Below are positions 37,984 through 48,773 of a stretch of DNA of 64,000 nucleotides, piece after piece. The position numbers and the translations under genes were made by a program. The DNA is from an uncultured bacterium (GTDB lineage Bacteria; Zixibacteria; MSB-5A5; GN15; FEB-12), in NCBI GenBank assembly GCA_965372795.1, contig CBDVDR010000001.1:128001-192000 (forward strand), read 5' to 3'. A model generated the notes under the pieces. The model had not been told where the DNA came from. It made no database searches and saw nothing but the letters and a program-made list of their open reading frames with translations. Position 1 is the stretch's first letter. Every line of letters begins with the position of its first letter.

Positions 37984-40695
37984 TTATTTTATCACCGCAA
38001 ACCGACCAAGAAATTCACCGAAATCAGACTCTACATGGTAGAGATAAACTCCCGATGTAATCAGGCGGTTTTCTTCTGACTGCAAATTCCACCTTGCGAT
38101 GCCTGAGCCGTCAGAATGTTCTATTGTTTTAACTAAATCACCGGTAAGGCTGTAAATTCGGATAGTACAGTTTTCCGGGATTTTTTGGAATTCCATAATA
38201 GATTCCCCCTCCGATGTTTCGACCAAACCTGAGTATTGGGCGAAATACGGATTAGGAACTACTCTAATATCTTTAAGTCCTGCGCGAGCAGCAGCATCAT
38301 CAACCCCGTCAACCTTGAAGGCAAAGAGATCATCAGGGCTGTTTAAGGGGGCGCCTTCAAAAGTGAGAACATCACCTACAGAAGGAGTTGAATAGCTTAG
38401 ATCAAAGCCAAACCACCAACTGAAATTTGACGGCCAGGCATCACCAAAAATATCACCATTAGGTTCATACGGATAATTCACAATACAAATAAGATCATAA
38501 GATGTCCATCCATCGTCATCAAAGTCATATAAAGTTAGCGATACACGTTCATTAGTCGTTGTATTCCAAGCTTCAAATGGAATAGCTACATAAGCTTCAG
38601 TAATTAAGTCCTGACCAATTGTTGAATCTTCGGTATATCTCAATTCAAAATTGGATCGGTAATGCTGATGTCCATAAAATTGACCGGTATAGTAATCAGC
38701 TGCTGTTCCAAGGAACCATCCCATATCAACCACAAGGGTTGTGTCTGATCCACTGAATGCCGTTTGATTCATGCCAAGTGGGACAATATCAGCATTAGTG
38801 ACAACGACTCTCATCCCTTCACTGACATCAAATAGATCAGGATCGCCACCGGATTTTGTCTGGTTAGCCAAGACTGTATCGCCGGTTGTGACATTTATGA
38901 GATGCCAATAAGTTGCATCAGGGGTATCCTCAAAAACAACTTCGTAATCAGCACCTAATAAGGCATCCTGATCGAAAACGGTTGGTATTACTTCTCCCGG
39001 CGATGGTTGTCCAAGCCCGGTATAAATATGTTCAACCGTTCCGGTTGCTTCATAAAAGCCGACCGGGTTATGTCGAGGGGTTACAGATATGATATTAGTT
39101 GCTTCACCGGCAACTCCGAATCCGGATTGAAGCGGGTCTATTCCGGTTGCAGTATCGCCAATATCAAAAGCAGAAAGACAATACCAATATTCAACACCAT
39201 TATAGAGACCGGTGTCAATAAACGAATGTTGAATCGGGTCTCCGGGTGAAGTAACCGTATATTTCATAAGAGTTTCATAATCGGAAGTTAAACAATTATT
39301 GTTTGTGTTATAAATCATATTCCCCCAGGTTTTACCCTGATTTTCACTTCGATATAATTTATAACCGGCAAAATCGTTGATCTGTGACAGGGGATCTATT
39401 CCAACCTCTGAAGTATCGGTCCACTGAAGATAAACTTTTCCTTCGCTTGCTTCAGCTTTAAGGTTTGGTGTGACGGGAGGTTGAGGACCCACGTAAAAAT
39501 TATCATATAATTGCTGAGCCATTTCAGAATTTGCGATAAATTCAGCTTCATCCTGACCGGCGATAATTGCAAAGACAACTCTTACGGTTTTCCCGGCTGT
39601 TAAATTGATGCCCCGAGTACATTGAATATAAAACTGATCAGTTGGAGGAAGTGATTCATCAAATTGAGTACTATTTATTAAATTAAATCTTTCGGGATCA
39701 TCAATACCAGTTATAATCGCCCAATCATCGGTACGAAATGATGTCATTCCGATATCATCCGGTGTTTCAAGATATTTTGTTCCCATCACACCGGTAGTTA
39801 CGTTTCTTCCCCAACCCGGATCCCATCCGACATTATCGTATGTCCAGGCAAGGTTATTATCGACATCAAAGGCAACTAAATCTTCTAAACGTCCATTTTC
39901 ACCTTGTCCATCATCGCCGCCCACGTCGATATCGACATAAACACCTAAGGCGAATTCGGTATAATCATTTGCAGAAGTATTGGTTATATCAAGAATAACA
40001 AACATAAAGTCTTCATTATAACAATAATTCCATTGCAGGACAGTTTGTGTAATTTCGAGTCCTAATGACTGGTTATTCGCAACATCATTAAATACACAAT
40101 GAGATTCCTGCAGTGAAGACGGACCACCCGGGGCAAAGTTAGATGACAATACATTGTAATTATTATTGTATGTCCATAGGGCATCCTGTGGATCCCAAAC
40201 TCTCCATCCGTAGGCAGGATTACCAACTCCAAAACCAGTAGTATCCGATTTATCATAGTGATGATAACGGGTACTATCAGTCGAGAGATACATTTTGTAA
40301 TCAAGCTCACCATTATTAGGAATCGGAACAGCCTGGAAATCGTCATAGGAGTTAGCAACAATTGTGTCACCGGACGGAGTTACCGCACCCATCCAATATT
40401 TGATTTCAGCCAGATAGAAGTGTCCGGTATTTCTTGGCCATTCACCGGAAGGCAATCCATGATGACCGTAGCCGCCTATGTAACCCCAGTTGTCTACAGT
40501 TGTAACAATATTTCCCTTATTATGAACAACCTGATCAATTGTCACTGGCTGAGCCTGGAGCGCAAAACTATCGGCATGCCTTTCCGGCACAAACGAGTCT
40601 TTGGGCATGGCTTTACCAAACACGGAGGTGATTCCCAATAAGATAATAAATATTATCAGAACCATTGCTTTAGAATTTTTATTTTGCATCAGCAT
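37984..40695 (-). CDS. Large secreted surface protein with T9SS-CTD-like C-terminal Ig domain
   Basis: Signal peptide; FnIII-like 'GYKLYRS...DTGLYNGVEYWYCLSAFD'; C-terminal IRVVPNPY..IRIYSLTGDLV..WNL..SGVYLY..AVIK. Confidence 0.8.
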   Translation of the reverse strand: MLMQNKNSKAMVLIIFIILLGITSVFGKAMPKDSFVPERHADSFALQAQPVTIDQVVHNKGNIVTTVDNWGYIGGYGHHGLPSGEWPRNTGHFYLAEIKYWMGAVTPSGDTIVANSYDDFQAVPIPNNGELDYKMYLSTDSTRYHHYDKSDTTGFGVGNPAYGWRVWDPQDALWTYNNNYNVLSSNFAPGGPSSLQESHCVFNDVANNQSLGLEITQTVLQWNYCYNEDFMFVILDITNTSANDYTEFALGVYVDIDVGGDDGQGENGRLEDLVAFDVDNNLAWTYDNVGWDPGWGRNVTTGVMGTKYLETPDDIGMTSFRTDDWAIITGIDDPERFNLINSTQFDESLPPTDQFYIQCTRGINLTAGKTVRVVFAIIAGQDEAEFIANSEMAQQLYDNFYVGPQPPVTPNLKAEASEGKVYLQWTDTSEVGIDPLSQINDFAGYKLYRSENQGKTWGNMIYNTNNNCLTSDYETLMKYTVTSPGDPIQHSFIDTGLYNGVEYWYCLSAFDIGDTATGIDPLQSGFGVAGEATNIISVTPRHNPVGFYEATGTVEHIYTGLGQPSPGEVIPTVFDQDALLGADYEVVFEDTPDATYWHLINVTTGDTVLANQTKSGGDPDLFDVSEGMRVVVTNADIVPLGMNQTAFSGSDTTLVVDMGWFLGTAADYYTGQFYGHQHYRSNFELRYTEDSTIGQDLITEAYVAIPFEAWNTTTNERVSLTLYDFDDDGWTSYDLICIVNYPYEPNGDIFGDAWPSNFSWWFGFDLSYSTPSVGDVLTFEGAPLNSPDDLFAFKVDGVDDAAARAGLKDIRVVPNPYFAQYSGLVETSEGESIMEFQKIPENCTIRIYSLTGDLVKTIEHSDGSGIARWNLQSEENRLITSGVYLYHVESDFGEFLGRFAVIK

Positions 40696-40709
40696 AAATT
40701 TAACTCAAT

Positions 40710-43379
40710 TTAAAAGTTGAATTCAATCCCCGTACGAACCGTGCGAGGAGCTGAAAAGTTTTGTGGATTATGATCATATAAGTTATCGAAGAAATTAACT
40801 TCCTGTTGATTCAACGATAAACCGGCGCCTACGTCGATGCCATCATCATCTGGCTGACCGGTTCTTGAATAAACATTAAGAATGTTTCGTTTATCAAACA
40901 GATTGTCTACTTCCATGAAGAAGCTTAATGAACTTTTATTTTTATTTAAGTAAAATTCCTTATGAAAACGCATGTCAATGGTATAGTTAGTCGGCAGTCG
41001 ACTTTCGTTTCTATCACCAAAACGATTTCCGGAGGCATCGGTAGCTGTGTAAGGCAATCCCGAGCCATAACTTCCAACTACTGAAACTCCCCAGGCGCCA
41101 GGTACCTTCATCCCGAGCATACGTCCGGACCATTCTTGAGGAATCTCAAGGGTCAATAATCCTGTTAAAGTATGCCTTTGATCGAAATCAAGAGGGTACT
41201 TAGTCAATGGAGCCAGAGTATCTTCAAGTGAAGTTAAATAAGTATAATATGGTTCTAAGGCATCAGAACCATTACCCTGTGCCATCATATAACTATATGC
41301 AAACGAACCGCTCAAATAATTTCCATTCGGAAGTTTCTGAAGGGACACATCGAAACCTTTAACAGTTCCATAATCATCATTAGTATAATAAGTAACATTA
41401 TTACCAGCCACCTGATAAGATGACCGAGTTGTTACTAACTCTTTGATATCTTTATAATAAGCTGTTAAATCAACTCTAAGATTTTCACCTACGAGATGAT
41501 CGAGTCCAATTTCATAAGACACAGTTTGTTCCGGTTGTAGATCCGGATTGCCTAACAACGGATATCCAGTTGAGAGATCACCTTCTAAGTTAGTATAAAC
41601 ATAGGTATATCTCGGTTCCTGGAAATAGAGTCCGTAGTTGAAATGCATCATAGATTTTTCAGAGATAGGGAATGAAATTCCTAAGCGAGGTGAAAATCTT
41701 GTTTTTGAATCAGCTTTTTTATAAGAGATAACGGTATCTCGTGGAGTGGCATTATAAGAGATATCAGCATTATGATAATCAAAACGGATACCTACATTTA
41801 CTACAAAATAATCCTGTTCGATTTTATCCTGAATAAAACCAGAGACTAAAATCGGATTACTTTTATACTGCTCACCGTAAGGATTGGCATTATAGAATTG
41901 TTTATTATCCCATTCAATTGCATATTTACGATATTCAAAGCCAGTCTTCAGCTGATGGAATTTGTTTACCTGGTTAACCATAGTGGTTTTAAATGAGCTG
42001 TATTTAGATTCTCTCAATGAATATCTGGGAACAAAATCAGAACCGACTGTAAATCCTACTGTTTGCAACGGATCGGTAAAATCGATTGTACCCCGATAAT
42101 TATCTTCATGAATCGTTCCATTATAAAGCCCATCTTCGTTTTCAGAGTATCCTGGCCATGCACTCCAATGAGTGTTGATCAAATGCGCCGGGGCACTGAG
42201 GGTATTGGTATAGAACTGATTTATAACAGTTGACAGAATTATACGTTCATTGAAATGATAATTACCTGATAATCCTATAAGATAAGATTCTTTTTGAACC
42301 TTTGGTAATCCATCAAGATTAAAGTCATATGAGATACCATTTTGATCACGATGATTGTACATTCTTCCTTCCATCGTGTAATATGAGAGATTGGTTTTAA
42401 TCTTCATCTTAGGTATTGGGTGCAGTGACAGTTTTGCAACTCCGGTATATGATATATTCCAATTAGCAGGTAAATATGACGGATCTTTTAAATATTCTCC
42501 CGCAGAAAAGAAAGTATATTTATTTGAATTTAAGCCCGGAATAGGTCCTGACAGATTAAAAGTACCGGATTTATTACTGGTGAAGTTTAAATTATCCCAG
42601 GTACCCTTTGTAACATCATATTGATGAGTCATTCCTTGATAAGCTTTGAATCCGCCATGATAACTTGAGCCACCTTCACGCGTTACGGCATTTACAACGC
42701 CTGATAAAGCCTCACCATACTCAGCTGAATATCCGCCAGAAGTCAAAGAAAGTTCTTCTAAAGCAGAGGGCATAATTCTCATACCAACATTGGCAATGAA
42801 AGGATCTTGAACAGAAAATCCATCAAAGTAATATAAGACCTGACCTGCTCGTCCACCACGGACATGAAGCGCATTATTGGCATCAACAACGACACCGGGA
42901 TAATTGGTTAAAATGGATTGTATAGTTACTATATTGGGCAATGCTTTTAGATGATCCGATGTAAAAATAATCTTAGAAGAAGTCAAATCTTTTTGAATAA
43001 TCGGATTAACAGCACTCACAATAATTTCTTTTGATAATACAATTTCTGTACTATTAACATTAAAATCTAAGGGAGTTGTCAAATCACCAAGGATACGAAC
43101 TTCTTGTTGCAATATTGTTTCATATCCAACATAACTTACTATCACATCATATTTCCCGATAGGAACATCAATGATAAAGTATTCTCCATCCATATCAGTC
43201 ATTGTAGAAAGACTTGTGCCAGCGACTTGAATTGATGCTCCTTCAACAGGCAATTCAGTACTGGAATCTATTACAACACCTGAAATTTTACCGCTCACTC
43301 CAGCAAATATATGTGAGTTCATTATAAGCAAGAGTATAACGGGAGGTAGAGCCAATCGATTTAATATCTTTCGAAACAA
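40710..43379 (-). CDS. TonB-dependent receptor with N-terminal carboxypeptidase-regulatory-like domain
   Basis: GKISG.V.D, HVRGGR, GGYSAEYG, SPRLG, GNPDLQPE, NLFD, terminal F. Confidence 0.93.
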   Translation of the reverse strand: MFRKILNRLALPPVILLLIMNSHIFAGVSGKISGVVIDSSTELPVEGASIQVAGTSLSTMTDMDGEYFIIDVPIGKYDVIVSYVGYETILQQEVRILGDLTTPLDFNVNSTEIVLSKEIIVSAVNPIIQKDLTSSKIIFTSDHLKALPNIVTIQSILTNYPGVVVDANNALHVRGGRAGQVLYYFDGFSVQDPFIANVGMRIMPSALEELSLTSGGYSAEYGEALSGVVNAVTREGGSSYHGGFKAYQGMTHQYDVTKGTWDNLNFTSNKSGTFNLSGPIPGLNSNKYTFFSAGEYLKDPSYLPANWNISYTGVAKLSLHPIPKMKIKTNLSYYTMEGRMYNHRDQNGISYDFNLDGLPKVQKESYLIGLSGNYHFNERIILSTVINQFYTNTLSAPAHLINTHWSAWPGYSENEDGLYNGTIHEDNYRGTIDFTDPLQTVGFTVGSDFVPRYSLRESKYSSFKTTMVNQVNKFHQLKTGFEYRKYAIEWDNKQFYNANPYGEQYKSNPILVSGFIQDKIEQDYFVVNVGIRFDYHNADISYNATPRDTVISYKKADSKTRFSPRLGISFPISEKSMMHFNYGLYFQEPRYTYVYTNLEGDLSTGYPLLGNPDLQPEQTVSYEIGLDHLVGENLRVDLTAYYKDIKELVTTRSSYQVAGNNVTYYTNDDYGTVKGFDVSLQKLPNGNYLSGSFAYSYMMAQGNGSDALEPYYTYLTSLEDTLAPLTKYPLDFDQRHTLTGLLTLEIPQEWSGRMLGMKVPGAWGVSVVGSYGSGLPYTATDASGNRFGDRNESRLPTNYTIDMRFHKEFYLNKNKSSLSFFMEVDNLFDKRNILNVYSRTGQPDDDGIDVGAGLSLNQQEVNFFDNLYDHNPQNFSAPRTVRTGIEFNF

Positions 43380-43461
43380 GGCGAATCCTCCTAAATTTTT
43401 TATAAATATCTGATAAACTATTTTGAATCAAATATTGTCCCGAGACAACACTTGTCATTAG

Positions 43462-43488
43462 TAATCGGCTACAAGAAAAAAAGCTTAA
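43462..43488 (-). promoter_or_regulatory. Sigma28-like promoter (TBDR operon)
   Basis: TTAAGCTT-N11-GCCGATTA vs consensus TAAAGTTT-N11-GCCGATAA. Confidence 0.5.
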
Positions 43489-43580
43489 TAGAAATTTATC
43501 CATTTTTTAAATTATTTTTATAGTTAATAAATCTGGATTGATGCCTTCATTATAAGCTTAGTTAAAAACCAAAGAGAGTG

Positions 43581-43607
43581 TCAAGTTCAGACCATTTTAT
43601 CCGATAC
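43581..43607 (+). promoter_or_regulatory. Sigma28-like promoter (SBP-kinase operon)
   Basis: TCAAGTTC-N11-TCCGATAC. Confidence 0.5.
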
Positions 43608-43708
43608 AAATAATATTGTTTTTCGATTATTGTATTTACTGTTTTAAAAATTGAACTAGTAATTAACGGCAGATATAATGCCATTAAATAACAATTAAGG
43701 ATAATACA

Positions 43709-44665
43709 TTGATGCGACTTCGGTTTAAAGCTATCCTATTGTTGTCTTCAATCGTCTTCATTTTGTTGAATTCGGTCGTGGCACAGGATAAGTTACATAT
43801 TGCTATTCTGAAGTCGGATGATTTTATCTCCACCAAACGTTCAATTTCTGGTGCAAAAAGTGTAATCAAGCAACAGCACCCGGATATTATTTTCCATGAA
43901 TTCTTAATTGATCAGAAAAAACAAACTCATCAATCTATTATAGATTCTTTAAAAAATCATAATCCAACTCTTATTTTCACAATCGGGACAAGTGCCACGA
44001 TACTTGCAAAGGAAAATTTCAAAAAGACGCCGATAGTATTTTCTTCGGTAAAATATCCTACCTTGTCAAAAATAGTAAAGTCGTTAATTAATCCCGGTGA
44101 GAATATAACCGGGGCTTCTCTTAATATTCCTGTTGATGTCGAACTTAGAACCTTTATAGATATAGTTCCAAACCTTAAAAAAGTTGGAGTCCTTTATACG
44201 AATTACACGGCTCCATTAATAAAGCCGGCAAAAAGGGTTGCAAAAACTTTAGGCATTGAACTGGTAGAGATTCAAATTAAGACATCCAAAGATATTCCAA
44301 ATGCGCTTGATTCTTTGGCAAAAGTAGTCGATGGAATTTGGTCGGTTGCTGATCCGATCTTATTTAATCCGCAATCAACCAGGTATATTTTATTAAATAC
44401 TCTCAGAAAAAATATACCGTTTATGGGTTTTTCAAGGCACGTTGTAGAATCAGGTGCCCTTTTTGCACTTGATTTAGACCATAAGGCAGTTGGTCGCCAG
44501 GCTGGTGCAATAGTGAATAGAATTGTAGATGGTGTCTCACCTAAAAATATTGATGTATCTGTTGTTGATCTGATTTGGTTCCATTATAATGAAAAAACAG
44601 CCAATCATATTGAAGTAACAATTCCAGAAGAACATATTGCAGTTGCCAAGGAGGTCTACCGATGA
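43709..44665 (+). CDS. ABC-type substrate-binding-like periplasmic protein (ABC_sub_bind family)
   Basis: Signal peptide, TPIVFS.V, NITG.S, KKVGVLY, V..GAL, GRQAG. Confidence 0.85.
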   Translation: MMRLRFKAILLLSSIVFILLNSVVAQDKLHIAILKSDDFISTKRSISGAKSVIKQQHPDIIFHEFLIDQKKQTHQSIIDSLKNHNPTLIFTIGTSATILAKENFKKTPIVFSSVKYPTLSKIVKSLINPGENITGASLNIPVDVELRTFIDIVPNLKKVGVLYTNYTAPLIKPAKRVAKTLGIELVEIQIKTSKDIPNALDSLAKVVDGIWSVADPILFNPQSTRYILLNTLRKNIPFMGFSRHVVESGALFALDLDHKAVGRQAGAIVNRIVDGVSPKNIDVSVVDLIWFHYNEKTANHIEVTIPEEHIAVAKEVYR

Positions 44666-46320
44666 ACCTCCTTAAAATTATTAACAGCATGAGTTTAAGA
44701 AATAAATTCGTTATCCCTACTTCCATCCTCATGATAACCAGCATTATCTTTATTAGTACCTTTTTAATTAAGCAGCAGGTTGAAAGCTATCGAAGAGAGC
44801 TGGAAACCAGCGGTGAAACAATGATTCGAATTTTAGCAATAAATGCTGAAAGTGGTGTTCTTTTTGAATCACAATATGAGCTGGATGAGTTATTAGGCTT
44901 GTTGAATCAATTTAACTCGGTAAAATATGCCTTTATTGTAAACAATGAATCCAAAATATTATCACAGATCGGAACCCCGATAACTGAATATGAAATTATT
45001 GGTGAAATTGAGGAAGAACTTCTTAATGAAGGAGTCTGCGAAGATTACTATATCAGAGACAAATTGAATAATGAATATATTTTACTAAATGTCCCAATTG
45101 TTACCCTTGATCAACAGCTTGAGATTGAAAACCTTGGGATTACCAATAGTATTAGTGACAATGTCGGAGCTTCATCGGTTACTGAAGAAATCGGACAAAT
45201 AACTCTAATCCTCAGTTTAGACAAAGTTAACCAAGCTATAAAAGATGCCCGAGATACAGCGATTTTAGTGACAACCATCGTGTTAATATTGACAATTATA
45301 ATGTTAACTTTCTTTATCAAGTTTATAACAAGACCGGTTAATATGCTTGTTGAAGTAACTGATAAAGTTAGTCATGGCGATTATGATCAACGGGTCGAAC
45401 TTGATCAAACTGATGAAATCGGCCATCTGGCAACAACTTTCAACAAGATGATTGATTCCCTTAAACAGTCACGAGATGAAATTGAAGAGTATAATAGAAA
45501 TCTGGAACAAAAAATTGTAGAGAGAACTCTTGAACTTGAAGAGATTCAACAGCAATTGGTCCAATCCGAGAAACTAAGTGCCATCGGTCAACTTGCAGCC
45601 GGCGTTGCCCACGAACTTAACAACCCATTAGGCGGAATTTTGGGTTATGCCCAGTTTACACTTGAAAAACTCCAAAAAAGTAAGAACACCGGTGTTAGCT
45701 CTCAAAATGTAGAGAAGTATATTAAGTACTTAATCGATATTGAAACTCAGGCTAAACGCTGTAAGACCATTGTTCAAAACCTCCTTCGTTTCTCAAGAAC
45801 ATCTCGTACAAGCGAATTCTCGGATGTCAATGTTAATCAAGTCATCGAAGATACGCTGACGTTCATGGAACATCAATTGCACATGAATCAAATTGAACTG
45901 GAAATCGAACTTGACGAAGCTCTCCCCTTAATTCAAGGAAATACCGGGCAATTACAACAGGTCTTGACTAATCTTGTCATAAATGCAATGCACGCCTCCC
46001 CCCCTGAATCTCTGATCAAAATTATATCGAGATATAGCCCGCCTTTAGGTGAATTTGACGGTACCGTTGAAATGCTAATTCAAGATACCGGATCCGGGAT
46101 AAGAGAAGAAGATTTGAAAAAGATATTTGAACCGTTCTTTACGACAAAACAGGTCGGTAAAGGTACTGGATTAGGTCTTTCAGTAAGTTATGGAATAGTA
46201 AAAGATCATGGTGGAGAAATAAAAGTGAAGTCCGAAATGGGTGAAGGCTCAACCTTTATTATTACTCTGCCTATTCAGGTAATTAAACAGTCATCCGATA
46301 ATTTTAGTAGTAAAGTGTAA
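44662..46320 (+). CDS. HAMP-domain sensor histidine kinase
   Basis: Two TM helices, HAMP (DEIGHLA..FN.M), AHELNNP, DTGSGI, GTGLGL. Confidence 0.93.
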   Translation: MNLLKIINSMSLRNKFVIPTSILMITSIIFISTFLIKQQVESYRRELETSGETMIRILAINAESGVLFESQYELDELLGLLNQFNSVKYAFIVNNESKILSQIGTPITEYEIIGEIEEELLNEGVCEDYYIRDKLNNEYILLNVPIVTLDQQLEIENLGITNSISDNVGASSVTEEIGQITLILSLDKVNQAIKDARDTAILVTTIVLILTIIMLTFFIKFITRPVNMLVEVTDKVSHGDYDQRVELDQTDEIGHLATTFNKMIDSLKQSRDEIEEYNRNLEQKIVERTLELEEIQQQLVQSEKLSAIGQLAAGVAHELNNPLGGILGYAQFTLEKLQKSKNTGVSSQNVEKYIKYLIDIETQAKRCKTIVQNLLRFSRTSRTSEFSDVNVNQVIEDTLTFMEHQLHMNQIELEIELDEALPLIQGNTGQLQQVLTNLVINAMHASPPESLIKIISRYSPPLGEFDGTVEMLIQDTGSGIREEDLKKIFEPFFTTKQVGKGTGLGLSVSYGIVKDHGGEIKVKSEMGEGSTFIITLPIQVIKQSSDNFSSKV

Positions 46321-46344
46321 TTTAATAATTAAATAAAAATTGAT

Positions 46345-46704
46345 ATGGATAAAAAGTCAATCCTGATAGTAGACGATGAAGAAGTAATCCGAGATTTTCT
46401 ATACGAAGTCTTATGTGACGATTACTCAATCTCCATGGCAGCTGATGGAGATGAAGCAATTGATAAGATGGGTGATGGAAAATATGATTTAATCATCACT
46501 GACATGAAAATGCCCAGAGTTTCAGGTGAAGAGGTAGCAAAATTTGCTCAAGAAAATTCACCGGATACCCGTGTCATAATTATATCAGGATATGCTTCAC
46601 TCTATTCCGTCAGCCAATCTGTAAACAGCGGTGCAACAGCGTTTCTATCTAAACCGTTTAGTATTCAGGAACTAATGCAAGCCATTGAATCGGCAGGAAT
46701 CTAG
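46345..46704 (+). CDS. Single-domain response regulator
   Basis: IVDDE, TDMKMP, KPF. Confidence 0.92.
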   Translation: MDKKSILIVDDEEVIRDFLYEVLCDDYSISMAADGDEAIDKMGDGKYDLIITDMKMPRVSGEEVAKFAQENSPDTRVIIISGYASLYSVSQSVNSGATAFLSKPFSIQELMQAIESAGI

Positions 46705-46714
46705 GGAAAATAAA

Positions 46715-47080
46715 ATGAAAATATTAGTTATTGACAACTCAGAAATTATTCGGAATTTATTAAACGAGTATTTAACAGATCTTGGATATTTAGTTGAGCT
46801 TGCTGAAAATGGACTGGTTGGTATTGAAATGGCATTAACCAATCAATATGATATAGTTTTATGTGATATTCATATGCCGAAAAGAAATGGATTTCAAGTA
46901 TTTAAAGAAGTTTCAAAACAGAAACCAAACTTGCCTTTTATCATGACTGACTCCTTGCCCGATTCGATTGCCGAACAAGCACTCAACAAAGGGGCTTATG
47001 CATGTTTAACAAAACCATTTAATTTGGACCAAGTAAAAAGCACAATAGATTCGCTACTTGAAAAAATTGCTTCGAAATGA
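46715..47080 (+). CDS. Single-domain response regulator
   Basis: VIDNS, CDIHMP, KPF; ATG 46715. Confidence 0.88.
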   Translation: MKILVIDNSEIIRNLLNEYLTDLGYLVELAENGLVGIEMALTNQYDIVLCDIHMPKRNGFQVFKEVSKQKPNLPFIMTDSLPDSIAEQALNKGAYACLTKPFNLDQVKSTIDSLLEKIASK

Positions 47081-48759
47081 AAATAAACAATCAAAATATC
47101 GGCATTCTTGTTGTCGATGACGAGGAAATTGTTGTTTCTCTTGTCAAGGATGCCTTAGAAGATGAAGGTTATAATATTATAACCGCGTTAGATGGTATAA
47201 CAGCTCTACGACTCCTTGAAGATTTCAATTTAAATCTGCTTATTACCGATATTCGCATGTCACCAATGAACGGCATTGAGCTGGCTCAAAAAGTTCATCA
47301 AAAATTCAACGACGCCTCAATTATTTTTATGACTGGCTATGCAAATTTAAACTCTGCCAAAGATGCTATTAAACATGGTGCCGTTGATTATATTTTAAAG
47401 CCCTTTGAACTTTCAGAAATCAGACAATCGGTCTCAAAGGCTGTTGAAAAGATTAAAAAGGATGTCCAGCAAAAAAGTTCTGCAGGTCAAATAGAGAGTC
47501 TATCCGATCTTAACCAATTACTTTATGAAGTTGGTGATCGAAAGGCGCTATTAAATATTTCTTTAAAATACGCATTAATGCAACTGGATGCTCATTGTGG
47601 TTCTGTTTTATTTTGGGATCCAGACAAAACCAACTTTGAACTGTTTACAATTGAAAATAATAGTAATTTTGAGTATGAATTAACAGATCCAATAATACTT
47701 GAAGCTTTAAAAGACTTTGATTTTAAAGCGGTTAAAAGTCCATATATTATTGATCATTCATCCAGCCATTCGTTAGAAGATTTTTTTGATAGCCAAAAAG
47801 TTCTCAGCGAGGTATATCCTGATAAAGTTACTAATTGTTCAGCAAAGGTTAGAAATGTTGTTCTACCAATAAGACGACCTGATAATGTTTATGGAATTGT
47901 TATAATAGCCGTTGAATCATCCGGAATAATTTCAGATTCAGACTTAAAATTGCTATCAATAACTTCAAGCCAGCTTGTTCTATCGCTTGAGAACTTAGCT
48001 CTTCTTGAAGAAACTCAGGTTGCCTATGCTCAATTGCAAAAACTTCATAATAACACAATTCAATTAGAGAAACTGGCAACTCGCGGAGAGATATCAGCAG
48101 AAATTGGCCATGAATTAAATAATTTCCTTGGTGTTGTCGCCGGTAATTTATCTTTACTGGATTTCCAGATTCAAAAAAAGAATTTGGATCAAGTGGATAA
48201 ATATTTAACCGCAATGAAAGACAACATTGAAAAAATAAAGAAATTTACAAGTAACCTGATGGATCTGAAACCGATCGCCTCTGAAAAGGAAATCTTTTAT
48301 ATTGATCAGCTAATTAAAGAAGTAATAGATCACCTGATACCGCAAAAAAGGTTTGATGGGGTTAATGTTCAGATTAAATCTATTTCAGATAATATTCCAT
48401 TTGAGGCTGACAGTACCCACATCCAGCAACTGCTTTATAACTTACTCAATAATGCTGCTGATGCTACTCATGAGAGCCCTGACCGGAAGATTGTTGTTTC
48501 GGTGGACCTGAATAATTCAAAAAATAGTTTTTCGATAAGAATCGAAGATACTGGTGTTGGAATTGAACCGGAATTACTTGAAAAAGCATTCAAAACAAAG
48601 TTTACGACCAAACCAACCGGACACGGTTTTGGATTGTTAGTTTGCAAAAGAATTATCGCCAACCATCATGGCGAACTGACAATAACTTCAACCCCCGGAC
48701 AAGGCACAAATATTATTATCGAATTTCCGGTTGCAAACAGACAGACCGTGCCGGTCTAA
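47077..48759 (+). CDS. Hybrid receiver-GAF-histidine kinase
   Basis: N-terminal receiver, GAF-like middle region, GHELNN, DTGVGI, GHGFGL. Confidence 0.9.
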   Translation: MKINNQNIGILVVDDEEIVVSLVKDALEDEGYNIITALDGITALRLLEDFNLNLLITDIRMSPMNGIELAQKVHQKFNDASIIFMTGYANLNSAKDAIKHGAVDYILKPFELSEIRQSVSKAVEKIKKDVQQKSSAGQIESLSDLNQLLYEVGDRKALLNISLKYALMQLDAHCGSVLFWDPDKTNFELFTIENNSNFEYELTDPIILEALKDFDFKAVKSPYIIDHSSSHSLEDFFDSQKVLSEVYPDKVTNCSAKVRNVVLPIRRPDNVYGIVIIAVESSGIISDSDLKLLSITSSQLVLSLENLALLEETQVAYAQLQKLHNNTIQLEKLATRGEISAEIGHELNNFLGVVAGNLSLLDFQIQKKNLDQVDKYLTAMKDNIEKIKKFTSNLMDLKPIASEKEIFYIDQLIKEVIDHLIPQKRFDGVNVQIKSISDNIPFEADSTHIQQLLYNLLNNAADATHESPDRKIVVSVDLNNSKNSFSIRIEDTGVGIEPELLEKAFKTKFTTKPTGHGFGLLVCKRIIANHHGELTITSTPGQGTNIIIEFPVANRQTVPV

Positions 48760-48773
48760 TCTTATTTAACAAT

